Below, one piece after another: positions 38,022 to 47,488 of a stretch of 64,000 bases of DNA. Each line of letters starts with the position of its first letter. Within the stretch, counting starts at the first letter, position 1. Origin of the DNA: a bacterium (GTDB lineage Bacteria; Patescibacteriota; CPR2; UBA1875; JAJYID01); the NCBI GenBank assembly GCA_030647205.1, contig JAUSJO010000002.1, positions 241,112 to 305,111 of the forward strand, given 5' to 3'. The notes below the pieces were generated by a model. The model did not search any database. It was not told the DNA's origin and saw only the letters and a list, made by a program, of their open reading frames with translations. Both the position numbers and the translations under genes were made by a program.

Positions 38022-38035
38022 AGGACCTCAGTCCT

Positions 38036-39334
38036 TTACTTGCTTTGGGCATCGAGGAGCTCTTTCTGCTCCGTAACGATACTTGTCAGCAGTTTTTGTG
38101 CCTCATTCTTGATGGGCTGTTTGTTGCTCCTCTGCTTGATTTCGTTGAGCTCTTGGAGACAACCCTGTATGCCCTTCATTTCCTCGCTGATACCGATGCT
38201 CCACAGATCGCCATCTGAAATGGTTTTCTGTGCTGCCTGAACCAGCTCGAAAGCGGCACTCTTGATATCCCGGAGGCGTCTTTCTTCGGGTGTCAGGACA
38301 TTGTTCCGGACCAGACTCTCGACCTTATCGTAGTGATCGGTATCGGTCCAGAAAACGAACCTCGCTAGCGTCAGGTCACCTCTCTCGACCTCGTTGCGAC
38401 CATCGAGCAGTGCTCGGGCCTGCAGGAGTGTCAGTGTACGTTCGAGCCGGCGGTCAGAAATGTAGATCTCGAGATCTTGGGAAACTTTCTCCTTAAGATC
38501 AACGAGACGCTCCATCACCTCTGTCGGCACATAGACCAGTGGCACAGCGTTCTGTAAGGTTCTGATATCAGCGATCTTCATCATGCTCCTATTCGGAACC
38601 TGATTTAGAACCGTATTGCGCCTGTGGGCGAGCTGGGTCTTAAAGACCTTCATCCGATTGGCAGGATCGCTGATCGGCCTGATGTTTGCGCGGATCAGGA
38701 TCCGGTCATGAAAGGCCGCGGCACCGTCGGTGCCATCCGTCTCTGGAAGCTCGTTTGATGCGAAAAACATTGCCATCATATCCGAGGTGTAGAGCTTCTT
38801 GTTCAGCGAATACTTTCGCTCGTTCATCAGCTGGAGGAGAGAGTCTCGAGTTTTCTCGTTACTCTTGTAGATCTCATCCAGAAATGCAAAAAGCGAATTG
38901 CCCAGTGTTGCACCATCGGTGTGGTAGACAGTCCTGAAAGAACTGATACTGCCTTTGGCTTCCTGCTCCGTGCTGACGCTCGAAACGAAGAGGTCTTTCT
39001 CGGTGACCATTGAGTGCATGAGAATCTCAAAGAGCGAAGCTCCCTGAATTCTCTGCGTGATCTGGTTGATGATCATCGATTTTGCTACGCCGGGAGGGCC
39101 GATGAGGAGCATGTGCTCCTTTGCCATGATTGCGATCAGAGCCATTTTGATAATATCCTTACGCTCAAAAACAAAACCCTCAATCTCTCGCCGAACGCCC
39201 TGAAACTGCTGGACTATAGGCATAAGCTTTGTAACATCAACTTTGTTGTCCTTGATCTGCACAGCCAATGTAATCCCTTCCTTTCGTGGTAGTAAAACCT
39301 TTTTTATTTGACTATATATGAACACCCTAACCAA
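38036..39334 (-). CDS. MoxR-family AAA+ ATPase, RavA-like
   Basis: LLIGPPGVAKSMI (Walker A), FLDEIYKSN (Walker B), ASNELPETDG, FHDRILIR and VSDRRLERTLTLLQA are collinear with E. coli RavA. Start codon uncertain (TTG or GTG). Confidence 0.8.
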   Translation of the reverse strand: MVRVFIYSQIKKVLLPRKEGITLAVQIKDNKVDVTKLMPIVQQFQGVRREIEGFVFERKDIIKMALIAIMAKEHMLLIGPPGVAKSMIINQITQRIQGASLFEILMHSMVTEKDLFVSSVSTEQEAKGSISSFRTVYHTDGATLGNSLFAFLDEIYKSNEKTRDSLLQLMNERKYSLNKKLYTSDMMAMFFASNELPETDGTDGAAAFHDRILIRANIRPISDPANRMKVFKTQLAHRRNTVLNQVPNRSMMKIADIRTLQNAVPLVYVPTEVMERLVDLKEKVSQDLEIYISDRRLERTLTLLQARALLDGRNEVERGDLTLARFVFWTDTDHYDKVESLVRNNVLTPEERRLRDIKSAAFELVQAAQKTISDGDLWSIGISEEMKGIQGCLQELNEIKQRSNKQPIKNEAQKLLTSIVTEQKELLDAQSK

Positions 39335-39583
39335 AGGTTAGTGTAACCTAGGGGGGAATTATTTATTGTAATATAAATAAACAAAATTGTCAATCATTTC
39401 TTATGGTTTAGATGTTTTTGCTGGTTATTTTGGATTAAGCCGCCTTCTAGTTTCAAAAATAGCCTTAGGATTATCTCTTTTCTTTATCAAAATAACTATT
39501 GCCAAGGCTTTCTTATTTATATAAAATTGACTGGTAAATACTAATAAATGACTGCTCGGTAAAAGAGCAGGGAAGGAGAAGAC

Positions 39584-39778
39584 ATGACAGAAGAAATGAT
39601 CAAATTCATCGGTCCTGATGAAGACGAAGAAGAAACAATGGTAGGCGGCGACGATACTGCTGCTGATGATACAGCAACTGACGACGAAGATGCTGCAGGT
39701 GACGATGTTGCTGCTGATGATACAGCAACTGACGACGACGCTGAAGAAGACGCAGAAGAAGAAACTGAAGAAGCGTAA
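39584..39778 (+). CDS. small, extremely acidic repeat protein
   Basis: Strong RBS ggaaggagaag. 64 aa, about 60% Asp/Glu. Contains a perfect 29-nt internal direct repeat (gctgctgatgatacagcaactgacgacga x2). The Ser-rich minus-strand ORF 39541..39789 is its antisense. Confidence 0.5.
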   Translation: MTEEMIKFIGPDEDEEETMVGGDDTAADDTATDDEDAAGDDVAADDTATDDDAEEDAEEETEEA

Positions 39779-39861
39779 TTTTTTCTCAAAAAAGTTTTAG
39801 CTTCTCGGCTCGGATATGAAAAAGATTACTCTTTCATATCGCCCGCTCTACGTTGCTAATA

Positions 39862-39888
39862 AAAAATGGCCTTCGGGGCCATTTTTTA
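39862..39888. terminator. bidirectional rho-independent terminator
   Basis: aaaaatggcc-ttcg-ggccattttt. Confidence 0.7.
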
Positions 39889-39938
39889 ATTGGTAGCACA
39901 TCTCGCATGAAAATGTCTTTTCTGATAATATTACATAT

Positions 39939-40949
39939 ATGAGAGCTCGAAATATTTTTTTCATCGTAACTACACTTATATTTTTAGCGTTAGTTGCTTT
40001 AGGTTTTAAGGAAATAAGGATGGTTTTCGGTTTCCTGAAAGAGGGGAAGTGGTACTTTCTGATCTTAGCCTTTATTTTGCAAATTCTATATTTTTCTTTC
40101 CAGTCGGAAATCAGGAGATCTTTATATAGTATTCTAGGGATTCATGAGAAGTTTTGGGATATGTTGAAAATGACATTTTCAGCAATGTTCTTAGGCACCG
40201 CTATCCCATCATTGCACATGTCGGCAATGGCTCTCTTTATGAGTGAGGCAAAAGCTAAAAAATATAGCCAGTCGAAGGCGCTTGTAGCAAGTTTGACCTT
40301 TATTCTTTTTGATTTCTTGGGGTTTTTCTTCTTTCTCATTTTGGCGCTTGTCTTACTTTTCAAAATAGGAGACCTGAATAAGTTTCAGATTTTTGGTGCG
40401 GTCTCTCTCGTTGCGATTATCAGTGCCACAGCGGCCGCTTTGGTATATACCCTTAAAAAAGAAAGCCATGTTCACTGGGTTTTGGGGAAAGTATCAAGGC
40501 TTATACCGAAGAAAAAAAGACGTGAGTGGATGCCCCAGACGGAGATAGATCTAATAGCTAAAGAAGCGATAGAGGCAAAGACTTTTTATTCAAAGAAAAA
40601 ATACAATCTTTGGCTTCCTCTTGCCATGTCTCTTTTGACACAGACATCAGGAGCATTAACGCTGATGGCCTGTTTTTTGGCTTTTGGTGTACCATTCACA
40701 TTCACTGTAATCATGGTTGTCTACGCGATGGCCATGCTTTTTCAGATGGTCGCCATTACTCCTTACGGGATAGGAACCGCTGAAGTAGCCTTAACCGTTA
40801 CTTTGACCAGTGTGGGGATAGATGCAGGAACTTCGATATTGATTATGATGACATTTCGTTTCTTTACCTTTTGGTTACCAATGACCACGGGGTACATTAG
40901 TACCAAAAGACTTAGTTTTATGAGGGGTAAGAAGCTGAACTCGCTTTAG
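39939..40949 (+). CDS. integral membrane protein with a lysyl-PG-synthase TM region-like (UPF0104 flippase-like) domain
   Basis: About 8 TM helices. Lies next to glycosyltransferase genes, the usual genomic context for this family. Confidence 0.65.
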   Translation: MRARNIFFIVTTLIFLALVALGFKEIRMVFGFLKEGKWYFLILAFILQILYFSFQSEIRRSLYSILGIHEKFWDMLKMTFSAMFLGTAIPSLHMSAMALFMSEAKAKKYSQSKALVASLTFILFDFLGFFFFLILALVLLFKIGDLNKFQIFGAVSLVAIISATAAALVYTLKKESHVHWVLGKVSRLIPKKKRREWMPQTEIDLIAKEAIEAKTFYSKKKYNLWLPLAMSLLTQTSGALTLMACFLAFGVPFTFTVIMVVYAMAMLFQMVAITPYGIGTAEVALTVTLTSVGIDAGTSILIMMTFRFFTFWLPMTTGYISTKRLSFMRGKKLNSL

Positions 40950-41646
40950 TTTGAGCCTTTATCATTTTTTTGTATCTCTTGCTCAGGTAGGACATCTTGA
41001 AGAGTTGCCAGAAAAATTCATAGAATGGGATTACTCTAAAGATATTAAAGATCATAGAGTAATCTTCCAGTGTTCCCTTGACGAGGCTGGTTTTTTCTCT
41101 TTTACGAATTGCATGGCTTTTCGTCATGACAGAAATAAAGGTTTTTCCTCTTTTTAGGAGAGATTTGTTCATTAAGACCTCAAGACCGTAGCTAACGTGA
41201 GATTTACTCCAAATGTAGGGGTCATCAAGCAAATCTTTTCTCATTCCTCTTTCTCCACTTATGAAGTCGATACCGAAAAGTTTAAAAAGCAAAAGTGAAT
41301 TTTCTCTTGTGCTCAAAGTGAAGTCTACTTGACCGGTCAAAACAGGAGAGGCTAAGTTAGTAATATCCGTTGCCACCAGATCTCTTAGGTCAGCGTCTAT
41401 CAAGAGCACAACATCATTTTTTGCCAGAGAAATACCTTTTTTGATAGCTTTGGTCTTCCCGATTGACCGGGCATCTTCGTGCACGTTAACGCCATATGAG
41501 CGGGCAACATCCACTGTATTGTCGGTGCAACCATTACACATAGCTATGACTTCATCTACCAAAGGATGTTTGGTGACGACATCAAGGACGCTTCCTATTC
41601 TTGGCCCCTCGTTCTTTGCAGCTATTATAACGCTAACTTTATTCAT
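40918..41646 (-). CDS. family 2 glycosyltransferase (polyprenol-phosphate sugar transferase-like)
   Basis: VSVIIAAKNE...LLIDADL (DxD) typical of GT2. Confidence 0.8.
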   Translation of the reverse strand: MNKVSVIIAAKNEGPRIGSVLDVVTKHPLVDEVIAMCNGCTDNTVDVARSYGVNVHEDARSIGKTKAIKKGISLAKNDVVLLIDADLRDLVATDITNLASPVLTGQVDFTLSTRENSLLLFKLFGIDFISGERGMRKDLLDDPYIWSKSHVSYGLEVLMNKSLLKRGKTFISVMTKSHAIRKREKTSLVKGTLEDYSMIFNIFRVIPFYEFFWQLFKMSYLSKRYKKMIKAQTKASSASYPS

Positions 41647-41738
41647 AAATTGTTTTTAGAAATTTTACTAATTATAGACCCTAAATCGTAGTATTACAAT
41701 TTTTTTGCTGTTTGGGAAACAGGTAAAAAAGTGGTAAA

Positions 41739-43082
41739 ATGGAATATATGAGGATAGCTATATTTACGGATACTTATAAGCCGCAAACAGATGGAATAAT
41801 AACAAGCATTATTCAGTTTTCTGGTATTTTGGCCGACGAGGGGCACGAGATTATGATTTTTTGCCCTAAATATAAAAAGAATGATGTTGATCCCAAGCAT
41901 AAAAATATTACGATCAAGAGATACTACTCTGTCAGCTTTGTTAACTACAAACATGCCAGGGTAGCCTTGCCGTCTCTCATAACCATGTTGAAGGACTTAA
42001 GGAAGTTTAAACCGGATGTTGTGCATGTCCAGACCCCTCTAATTATTGGTATAGTTTCTCTTTTTGCGGCAAAAATATTGAGGCTAAAAAATATCCAAAC
42101 ATACCACAGCTATATACCCGACTTCATGGTTTACGTAAAGCCAAAGACTTTGCCTGGAATGCAAAAGTTTATAGGCCAAGTGAGGGGTAACGGAAGTATC
42201 GGGAGTATAAAAAAAGCATTGAGATCAGAGATAGTAGAAGATAAAGGTAGTAAGTTCATTGGCTTTAAGTTGGTTGATAAGATCGGTGACCTTTCAGAAG
42301 AAGTCAGTAAAGGCGATCAGAAGATGGCGGACAAAATTGCATGGGAGTTGACCAGAAAAGTTTACAATAGGGCGAATCTTGTTCTGACGCCAACCAATGC
42401 ACTGAAAAAGGAAATAGAGAAGCATGGGGTTAAAAAGAGGATTGAGGTTTTGAGTAATGGCATAGACCTTGATTATTTTAAAAAGAAAAACGATTATGTT
42501 CCTCGAAAAAATCTAATTCATGTAGGAAGGATAGGATTTGAGAAAAATGTAGAGGTTGTTATCAAGGCTATCTCTATAGCAGCCAAGGATATGCCGGGTA
42601 TAAAACTGGATATAGTCGGGACCGGGCCTGCGGAGAAAAAACTAAATGAGATTGTTAACGCTTTAGGTGTTAAAAAGAATGTTAGATTTTTGGGTTTTAT
42701 ACCTAGAGAAAAGCTAAAGGATTTGTACTGTAAATACGATGCATTTATTACTGCCAGTACAATGGAAACTCAAGGTTTGGTGATTTTGGAGGCTATGTCA
42801 GCCGGGCTACCGGCTATTGGCGTAGACAAGCTAGCTGTTCCGGATATGATTAAACACGAGGTAAACGGATATATTTCCAAGCCTTACAATGAAAAGGAAA
42901 TGGCAAAAAATATTTTGAAGTTGTATAGGGATCCGTCAAGACTTCAATCTTTTGGGGAGCAATCTCTAGAACTTGCCAAAAAACATGATGTGAAAAAATG
43001 TGCCGAAAAGTTACTAGAGTATTATAAAGAATATGCAAAAAGGAGGACTCATGCCAGAGCCAAAGCTGTCAAAGTCAAGTAA
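41739..43082 (+). CDS. family 4 glycosyltransferase (GT-B)
   Basis: C-terminal EGLVILEAMSAGLPAIG matches the GT4 E-x7-E region. N-terminal Rossmann-like half. Confidence 0.8.
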   Translation: MEYMRIAIFTDTYKPQTDGIITSIIQFSGILADEGHEIMIFCPKYKKNDVDPKHKNITIKRYYSVSFVNYKHARVALPSLITMLKDLRKFKPDVVHVQTPLIIGIVSLFAAKILRLKNIQTYHSYIPDFMVYVKPKTLPGMQKFIGQVRGNGSIGSIKKALRSEIVEDKGSKFIGFKLVDKIGDLSEEVSKGDQKMADKIAWELTRKVYNRANLVLTPTNALKKEIEKHGVKKRIEVLSNGIDLDYFKKKNDYVPRKNLIHVGRIGFEKNVEVVIKAISIAAKDMPGIKLDIVGTGPAEKKLNEIVNALGVKKNVRFLGFIPREKLKDLYCKYDAFITASTMETQGLVILEAMSAGLPAIGVDKLAVPDMIKHEVNGYISKPYNEKEMAKNILKLYRDPSRLQSFGEQSLELAKKHDVKKCAEKLLEYYKEYAKRRTHARAKAVKVK

Positions 43083-43479
43083 TGGTGAACCGATGCACTT
43101 TTCAGTGGGCGCGCTTATTGAAAAAGATGGAAAGTATTTGCTTATCGAGAGGGCGAAGCCGCCTCTAGGGTTTGCCCTTGTAGCCGGGCACGTGGATGAA
43201 GGCGAAGAACCGGAGGTTGCTTTGAAAAGAGAAGTAAAAGAAGAGAGCGGGCTTGATCTCGAGAGCTTCGAACTGATAACCGAAGGGGAGCTGGATGATA
43301 CTTGCCGAAGAGGAATAGCCGTACATTATTGGCACCTATATAAGTGCGAAGTGAGCGGCGAGATAGTCCACAATGATGAAGAAACGTTGTCTATTGGTTG
43401 GTATACGAAAGAAGAAATGCAGGATTTAGACTTTGAGCCAGCCTGTGACTTTTGGCTTAAAAAATTAAAACTAATTTAG
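43033..43479 (+). CDS. Nudix hydrolase
   Basis: Nudix box GHVDEGEEPEVALKREVKEESGL. Confidence 0.75.
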   Translation: MQKGGLMPEPKLSKSSNGEPMHFSVGALIEKDGKYLLIERAKPPLGFALVAGHVDEGEEPEVALKREVKEESGLDLESFELITEGELDDTCRRGIAVHYWHLYKCEVSGEIVHNDEETLSIGWYTKEEMQDLDFEPACDFWLKKLKLI

Positions 43480-43489
43480 GAAATATATT

Positions 43490-43819
43490 ATGGATTTCAA
43501 AGAGTATCAGGAAAAATCTGTAGAAACAGTTGTCGATTTAGGGGAGAGAGACAACCTGATTCATTTTACTTTTGGTCTTGCCGGTGAAGTGGGTGAAGTG
43601 ACTGAAAAAATTAAAAAAGTACATCGTGACAAGGGCTTTGAGTTTGACGATGACGACAAAAAATATCTGGAAAAAGAGTTAGGCGATGTTTTGTGGTATA
43701 CATCACAGCTTGCGACAGCTTTAAGCCTTTCACTCAATGAAATTGCAGAGAAAAATACGGCGAAACTACAATCTAGAAAAACCCGAGGCAAACTTCTCGG
43801 AAGCGGGGATGATAGATGA
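43490..43819 (+). CDS. MazG-like nucleoside triphosphate pyrophosphohydrolase (all-alpha NTP-PPase)
   Basis: EVGEVTE...ELGDVLWY, the characteristic MazG helix pair. Confidence 0.75.
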   Translation: MDFKEYQEKSVETVVDLGERDNLIHFTFGLAGEVGEVTEKIKKVHRDKGFEFDDDDKKYLEKELGDVLWYTSQLATALSLSLNEIAEKNTAKLQSRKTRGKLLGSGDDR

Positions 43820-44322
43820 GTAAAATCATTGTTGTCGATGAAAATGATAATGAGATTGGGGTAAAGGAGCGGAGTGAGATCTGCTCGGATGATATTTATC
43901 GTGTCTCGGGGCTCTGGTTGACTAACAGTAAAGGCGAAATTCTCTTAGCCCAGAGATCATTTAATAAAAAGACAGAGCCGGGGAAATGGGGACCCGCTGT
44001 TAATGGAACCGTAGAAGAAGGCGAAACTTATGAGACCAACATAGAAAAAGAGATTGAAGAGGAAATTGGTTTAACGGGACTTGAGCTTCAAAAAAGCCCC
44101 AAGCATTTTAGGGATAAAGTGACCAGAAAATATTTTACTCAGTTATTTTTAGGAACTTGCGATGTGCCGGCTGAACAAATGAAAATTCAAAAAGAAGAGG
44201 TTGAACAAGTAAAGTGGTTTTCGAAAGAAGAAATAAGGGAAAGTTTCCAAAAAAATCCTGACGAATTTTGCTCGAGTATGAGGGCGAGATTTAAAGAGAT
44301 GGGAGTTTTAGATAAAAGCTAA
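43816..44322 (+). CDS. Nudix hydrolase (IDI-type / ADP-ribose pyrophosphatase-like)
   Basis: Nudix-like GTVEEGETYETNIEKEIEEEIGL. Start overlaps the MazG stop (ATGA). Confidence 0.7.
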   Translation: MSKIIVVDENDNEIGVKERSEICSDDIYRVSGLWLTNSKGEILLAQRSFNKKTEPGKWGPAVNGTVEEGETYETNIEKEIEEEIGLTGLELQKSPKHFRDKVTRKYFTQLFLGTCDVPAEQMKIQKEEVEQVKWFSKEEIRESFQKNPDEFCSSMRARFKEMGVLDKS

Positions 44323-44366
44323 CGACATAAGGTGGCTAGAAATGAAGTTTTTATAGAAAGGTAAAA

Positions 44367-45233
44367 ATGAAAGAATTTTCAAACATTTCAGAAAATAAAG
44401 ATGTAGCAGAGCAACCTCTAGAGGTTGAGATTAGTTCTGGTGATACAAAGGTTGCTGTTTGCCCAGAAGTGGGAGGGATGGTTACCCGTTTTTCCATCGG
44501 AAATCAGGAAATATTATACTTTGATCAAGATTCTCTAACAGAGGAAGCAGTTACAGAGAAGAGGAAGCCAAAACTTGGTGTCCCTTTCCTTTTCCCAATT
44601 AGTGGGCCAGACCTTAAAGACGGTATTTTAAGACAACACGGAGGAGCAAGAGAGGTACCTTGGGTTTGGCAGGATCAAAATGAAGATAGTGTAGAAGTAT
44701 CATTGAAGCCAAAAAATATTAAAAATGAACAGCTACTCTCTGAATACAGAAAAAAATATGGTAATAATTTTGATTTTACTTCTGATGTAAAGATTAGCGT
44801 TAGCGGAAAATCAATGCAATACAGTATGGAGTTTCAAAACATGGGCGACAAAGATTTGCCAATGTCACCTGGTTTGCACCCATATTTTGGTGTTGATCAT
44901 GATAAACAAGGTGAGATAGAAACAAACTTGGGGGATATTGATTTTGGCAGTCGCGACTGGGATGAAGGTGCCGTTATATGCGACAGACCTGTGGGGGAAG
45001 ATGCTTGGTTTACGCTTCCAGGTGTCGGCAAGGTTACAATAGAATCAAGCCCTGAGTTCGAGAAATTTGTTGTCTGGTCCAAGAAAAGGGAGGATAATAC
45101 TGGTTTAAATGAGAATTATATTTGCATTGAACCGTGGGTAAGCACTCCTGATGAAGAGAGTGGGATAGTGCTGGATCCCATGGAAAAGAAAAAACTATCT
45201 GTTAAATTTAGTATCTCTGAGCTAGAGGGGTAG
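44367..45233 (+). CDS. aldose 1-epimerase family protein (hexose-6-phosphate mutarotase-like)
   Basis: GVPFLFPISG...RQHGGAREVPW...GLHPYFGV matches the aldose epimerase fold motifs. Confidence 0.7.
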   Translation: MKEFSNISENKDVAEQPLEVEISSGDTKVAVCPEVGGMVTRFSIGNQEILYFDQDSLTEEAVTEKRKPKLGVPFLFPISGPDLKDGILRQHGGAREVPWVWQDQNEDSVEVSLKPKNIKNEQLLSEYRKKYGNNFDFTSDVKISVSGKSMQYSMEFQNMGDKDLPMSPGLHPYFGVDHDKQGEIETNLGDIDFGSRDWDEGAVICDRPVGEDAWFTLPGVGKVTIESSPEFEKFVVWSKKREDNTGLNENYICIEPWVSTPDEESGIVLDPMEKKKLSVKFSISELEG

Positions 45234-45240
45234 AGAATCT

Positions 45241-45699
45241 TTATTTAGTTTTTTCTCTTAAGTCTCTTGAGATATCTCTGCTGATGTCTTTTCTTTTTAT
45301 TTGGTCGCGTTTGTCGTGGAGTTTTTTGCCTTTGCCAAGACCGACTTCTACTTTTACAAATCCGCGTTTTAGATAAATCTTAGTTGGGATAAGTGTCAGC
45401 CCTTGAGTCTTCGCCTTGCCGATGAGAGAACTAATTTCAGATTTTTTAAGCAGCAGTTTTCGTGAACGGGTTGGCTCTTGCTCGATATTCGCCGCATTTT
45501 TATATGGTGAAATATGGGCATTTGTTAAAAACACTTCCTCACCTTTAACGGTGGCAAATGCTTCTTTTATCGAAACCTGTCCTGCTTTGGCTGACTTTAC
45601 CTCAGGACCGGTCAGAACTATGCCGGCCTCAAATGTCTCCAGTATTTCGTAGTCAAACCGGGCTTTTTTGTTTGTTGCTATCACTTTCATATTCGCCAT
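45241..45699 (-). CDS. smpB: SsrA-binding protein SmpB
   Basis: IATNKKARFDYEILETFEAGIVLTGPEVKS is the SmpB N-terminal signature. tmRNA is present in the window. Confidence 0.9.
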   Translation of the reverse strand: MANMKVIATNKKARFDYEILETFEAGIVLTGPEVKSAKAGQVSIKEAFATVKGEEVFLTNAHISPYKNAANIEQEPTRSRKLLLKKSEISSLIGKAKTQGLTLIPTKIYLKRGFVKVEVGLGKGKKLHDKRDQIKRKDISRDISRDLREKTK

Positions 45700-45722
45700 T
45701 CTTACATTATACTATATGGGTG

Positions 45723-47453
45723 ATGAATGAAGAATTGAAAAAAGCTATTTGTGAGGCGGTAAAAGCACAGCAGGAAGGTTGCAAGTGCGATTTCTCTATT
45801 CCGGAAGTTGAGCTCGAGCATCCATCAAATAATAAATTCGGCGATCTTTCTACAAATATTGCTATGAAAATCGGCAAGCAGCAAGGTGAAAATCCCTTCA
45901 CGATTGCTGAGAATTTAGTGAAGCAGTTTGATTCTGGTCTGGGCCAGAATGACGTAAAAGGTATGATTAAGAAGATTGAGGCGGTAAAGCCGGGATTTAT
46001 AAACTTTTATCTAAGCAATGATTTTTTTGCAGCAAATATTAAAGAAATTCTGGCCAAGAAAGATAGTTTCGGGAAAAGCGATATTGGGAAAGACCAAGTA
46101 GTGGTTCTTGACTATTCTCATCCCAACATTGCAAAGCCGATTGGTGTGCATCACCTGATAACCACTCTTATCGGCGAGTCTATCAAGAGAACTTACGGAT
46201 TTATTGGGGCTAAGACGATTGCTGATAATTTTCTTGGCGACTGGGGGACGCAGTTTGGTAAAACAATCTATGCATTCAAAGAGTGGGGCGATAGAAAAGA
46301 GGTTGAAAAAGACCCGATCAATGAACTTTTGAAGCTATATGTGCGGTTTCACGAAGAAGCTGACAAAAGTCCGGAACTTGATGAAAAGGGCAGGGAAGAG
46401 TTCAAGAAACTAGAAGAAGGGGATAAGGAAAATACAGAGCTTTGGAAATGGATGCGCGAAGAAAGTATCAAAGAACTTAAAAGTGTTTATAAAAGGCTGG
46501 ATGTCAGTTTTGACTACTACAATGGTGAAGCTTTTTATAATGATAAAACAGGTCAGATTATTGATGCGCTAGATAAAAAAGGAATTTTAGAAACTGGTGA
46601 GGGCGGTGCGAAGATTGTCGATCTGGAAAAGGACGACCTGAGGATTGCATTAATCCAAAAGGGAGACGGAGCTACGCTTTATCTAACGAGAGACTTGGCG
46701 GCGATAAAGTATAGAACAGAGAACTTTAAACCGACTCAGATACTGTATGTTGTTGAAAATGCTCAAGGGCTGCACCTGGCACAGGCATTTAAGATCGCTG
46801 AGATGGCAGATCTAAAAAATGACACGGAGCTTGTCCATGTGAAGTTTGGTTCGATGAGATTTCCTGAAGGGAGGATGAGTACTCGAAAGGGCAAGGTTGT
46901 CTTCTTGTGGGATGTTTTAGAGAAGGCAAAAGAAAAAGCATTGAAAATAGTTGAGGAAAAGAACCCTGATCTGGAAAATAAAGCAGAGGTTGCCGAGATA
47001 GTCGGTGTCGGAGCGGTAAAGTATGCCATCCTTTCACACAACCGCGTAACAGACATTTCGTTTACTTGGGAGAAGATTCTCTCACTTGATGGAAACAGCG
47101 CGCCATACCTCATGTATACATATGCAAGGGCGAAGTCTATATTGAGAAAGGCTGGGGAAGCTCCAAAAGATTTCAAAATTCAGAGCCTTGAAAAAGAAGA
47201 GGAAAGTCTTTTGAAAAAGATTTACCAGTTTTCAGAGATCGTTGAAGTGGCTGCTAGAGAGTATGCGCCAAGCCACATAGCCACATATGCGTATGAACTG
47301 GCTCAGGACTTTAACACTTTTTACAATAAAGTGCCGGTTCTGAATGCGGACAAAGATTTAAAAGAATTTCGGTTAGCACTTGTCTCGGCGACATCTCAAA
47401 TAATAAAAAACAGCATGAATCTTTTAAGTATTGACCTACCTAAGAAGATGTAA
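45723..47453 (+). CDS. argS: arginyl-tRNA synthetase
   Basis: N-terminal Arg-tRNA-binding domain, class I core (HVKFGSMRF) and a DALR anticodon-binding C-terminus. The track ORF start at 45558 overlaps smpB, so the internal ATG at 45723 is used. Confidence 0.9.
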   Translation: MNEELKKAICEAVKAQQEGCKCDFSIPEVELEHPSNNKFGDLSTNIAMKIGKQQGENPFTIAENLVKQFDSGLGQNDVKGMIKKIEAVKPGFINFYLSNDFFAANIKEILAKKDSFGKSDIGKDQVVVLDYSHPNIAKPIGVHHLITTLIGESIKRTYGFIGAKTIADNFLGDWGTQFGKTIYAFKEWGDRKEVEKDPINELLKLYVRFHEEADKSPELDEKGREEFKKLEEGDKENTELWKWMREESIKELKSVYKRLDVSFDYYNGEAFYNDKTGQIIDALDKKGILETGEGGAKIVDLEKDDLRIALIQKGDGATLYLTRDLAAIKYRTENFKPTQILYVVENAQGLHLAQAFKIAEMADLKNDTELVHVKFGSMRFPEGRMSTRKGKVVFLWDVLEKAKEKALKIVEEKNPDLENKAEVAEIVGVGAVKYAILSHNRVTDISFTWEKILSLDGNSAPYLMYTYARAKSILRKAGEAPKDFKIQSLEKEEESLLKKIYQFSEIVEVAAREYAPSHIATYAYELAQDFNTFYNKVPVLNADKDLKEFRLALVSATSQIIKNSMNLLSIDLPKKM

Positions 47454-47488
47454 GATAATTCTAGGCTCATACTTAAAACATAAGTGTA

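Noticed and set aside
39541-39789. Ser/Ala-rich 82-aa minus-strand ORF
   Set aside because: It is the mirror image of the acidic repeat gene on the + strand, which has a strong SD. Low-complexity antisense frames are commonly open by chance.
45558-45722. N-terminal 55-codon extension of argS in the track ORF
   Set aside because: It overlaps the smpB coding region on the opposite strand and lacks ArgS homology. The conserved N-terminus starts at the ATG at 45723.
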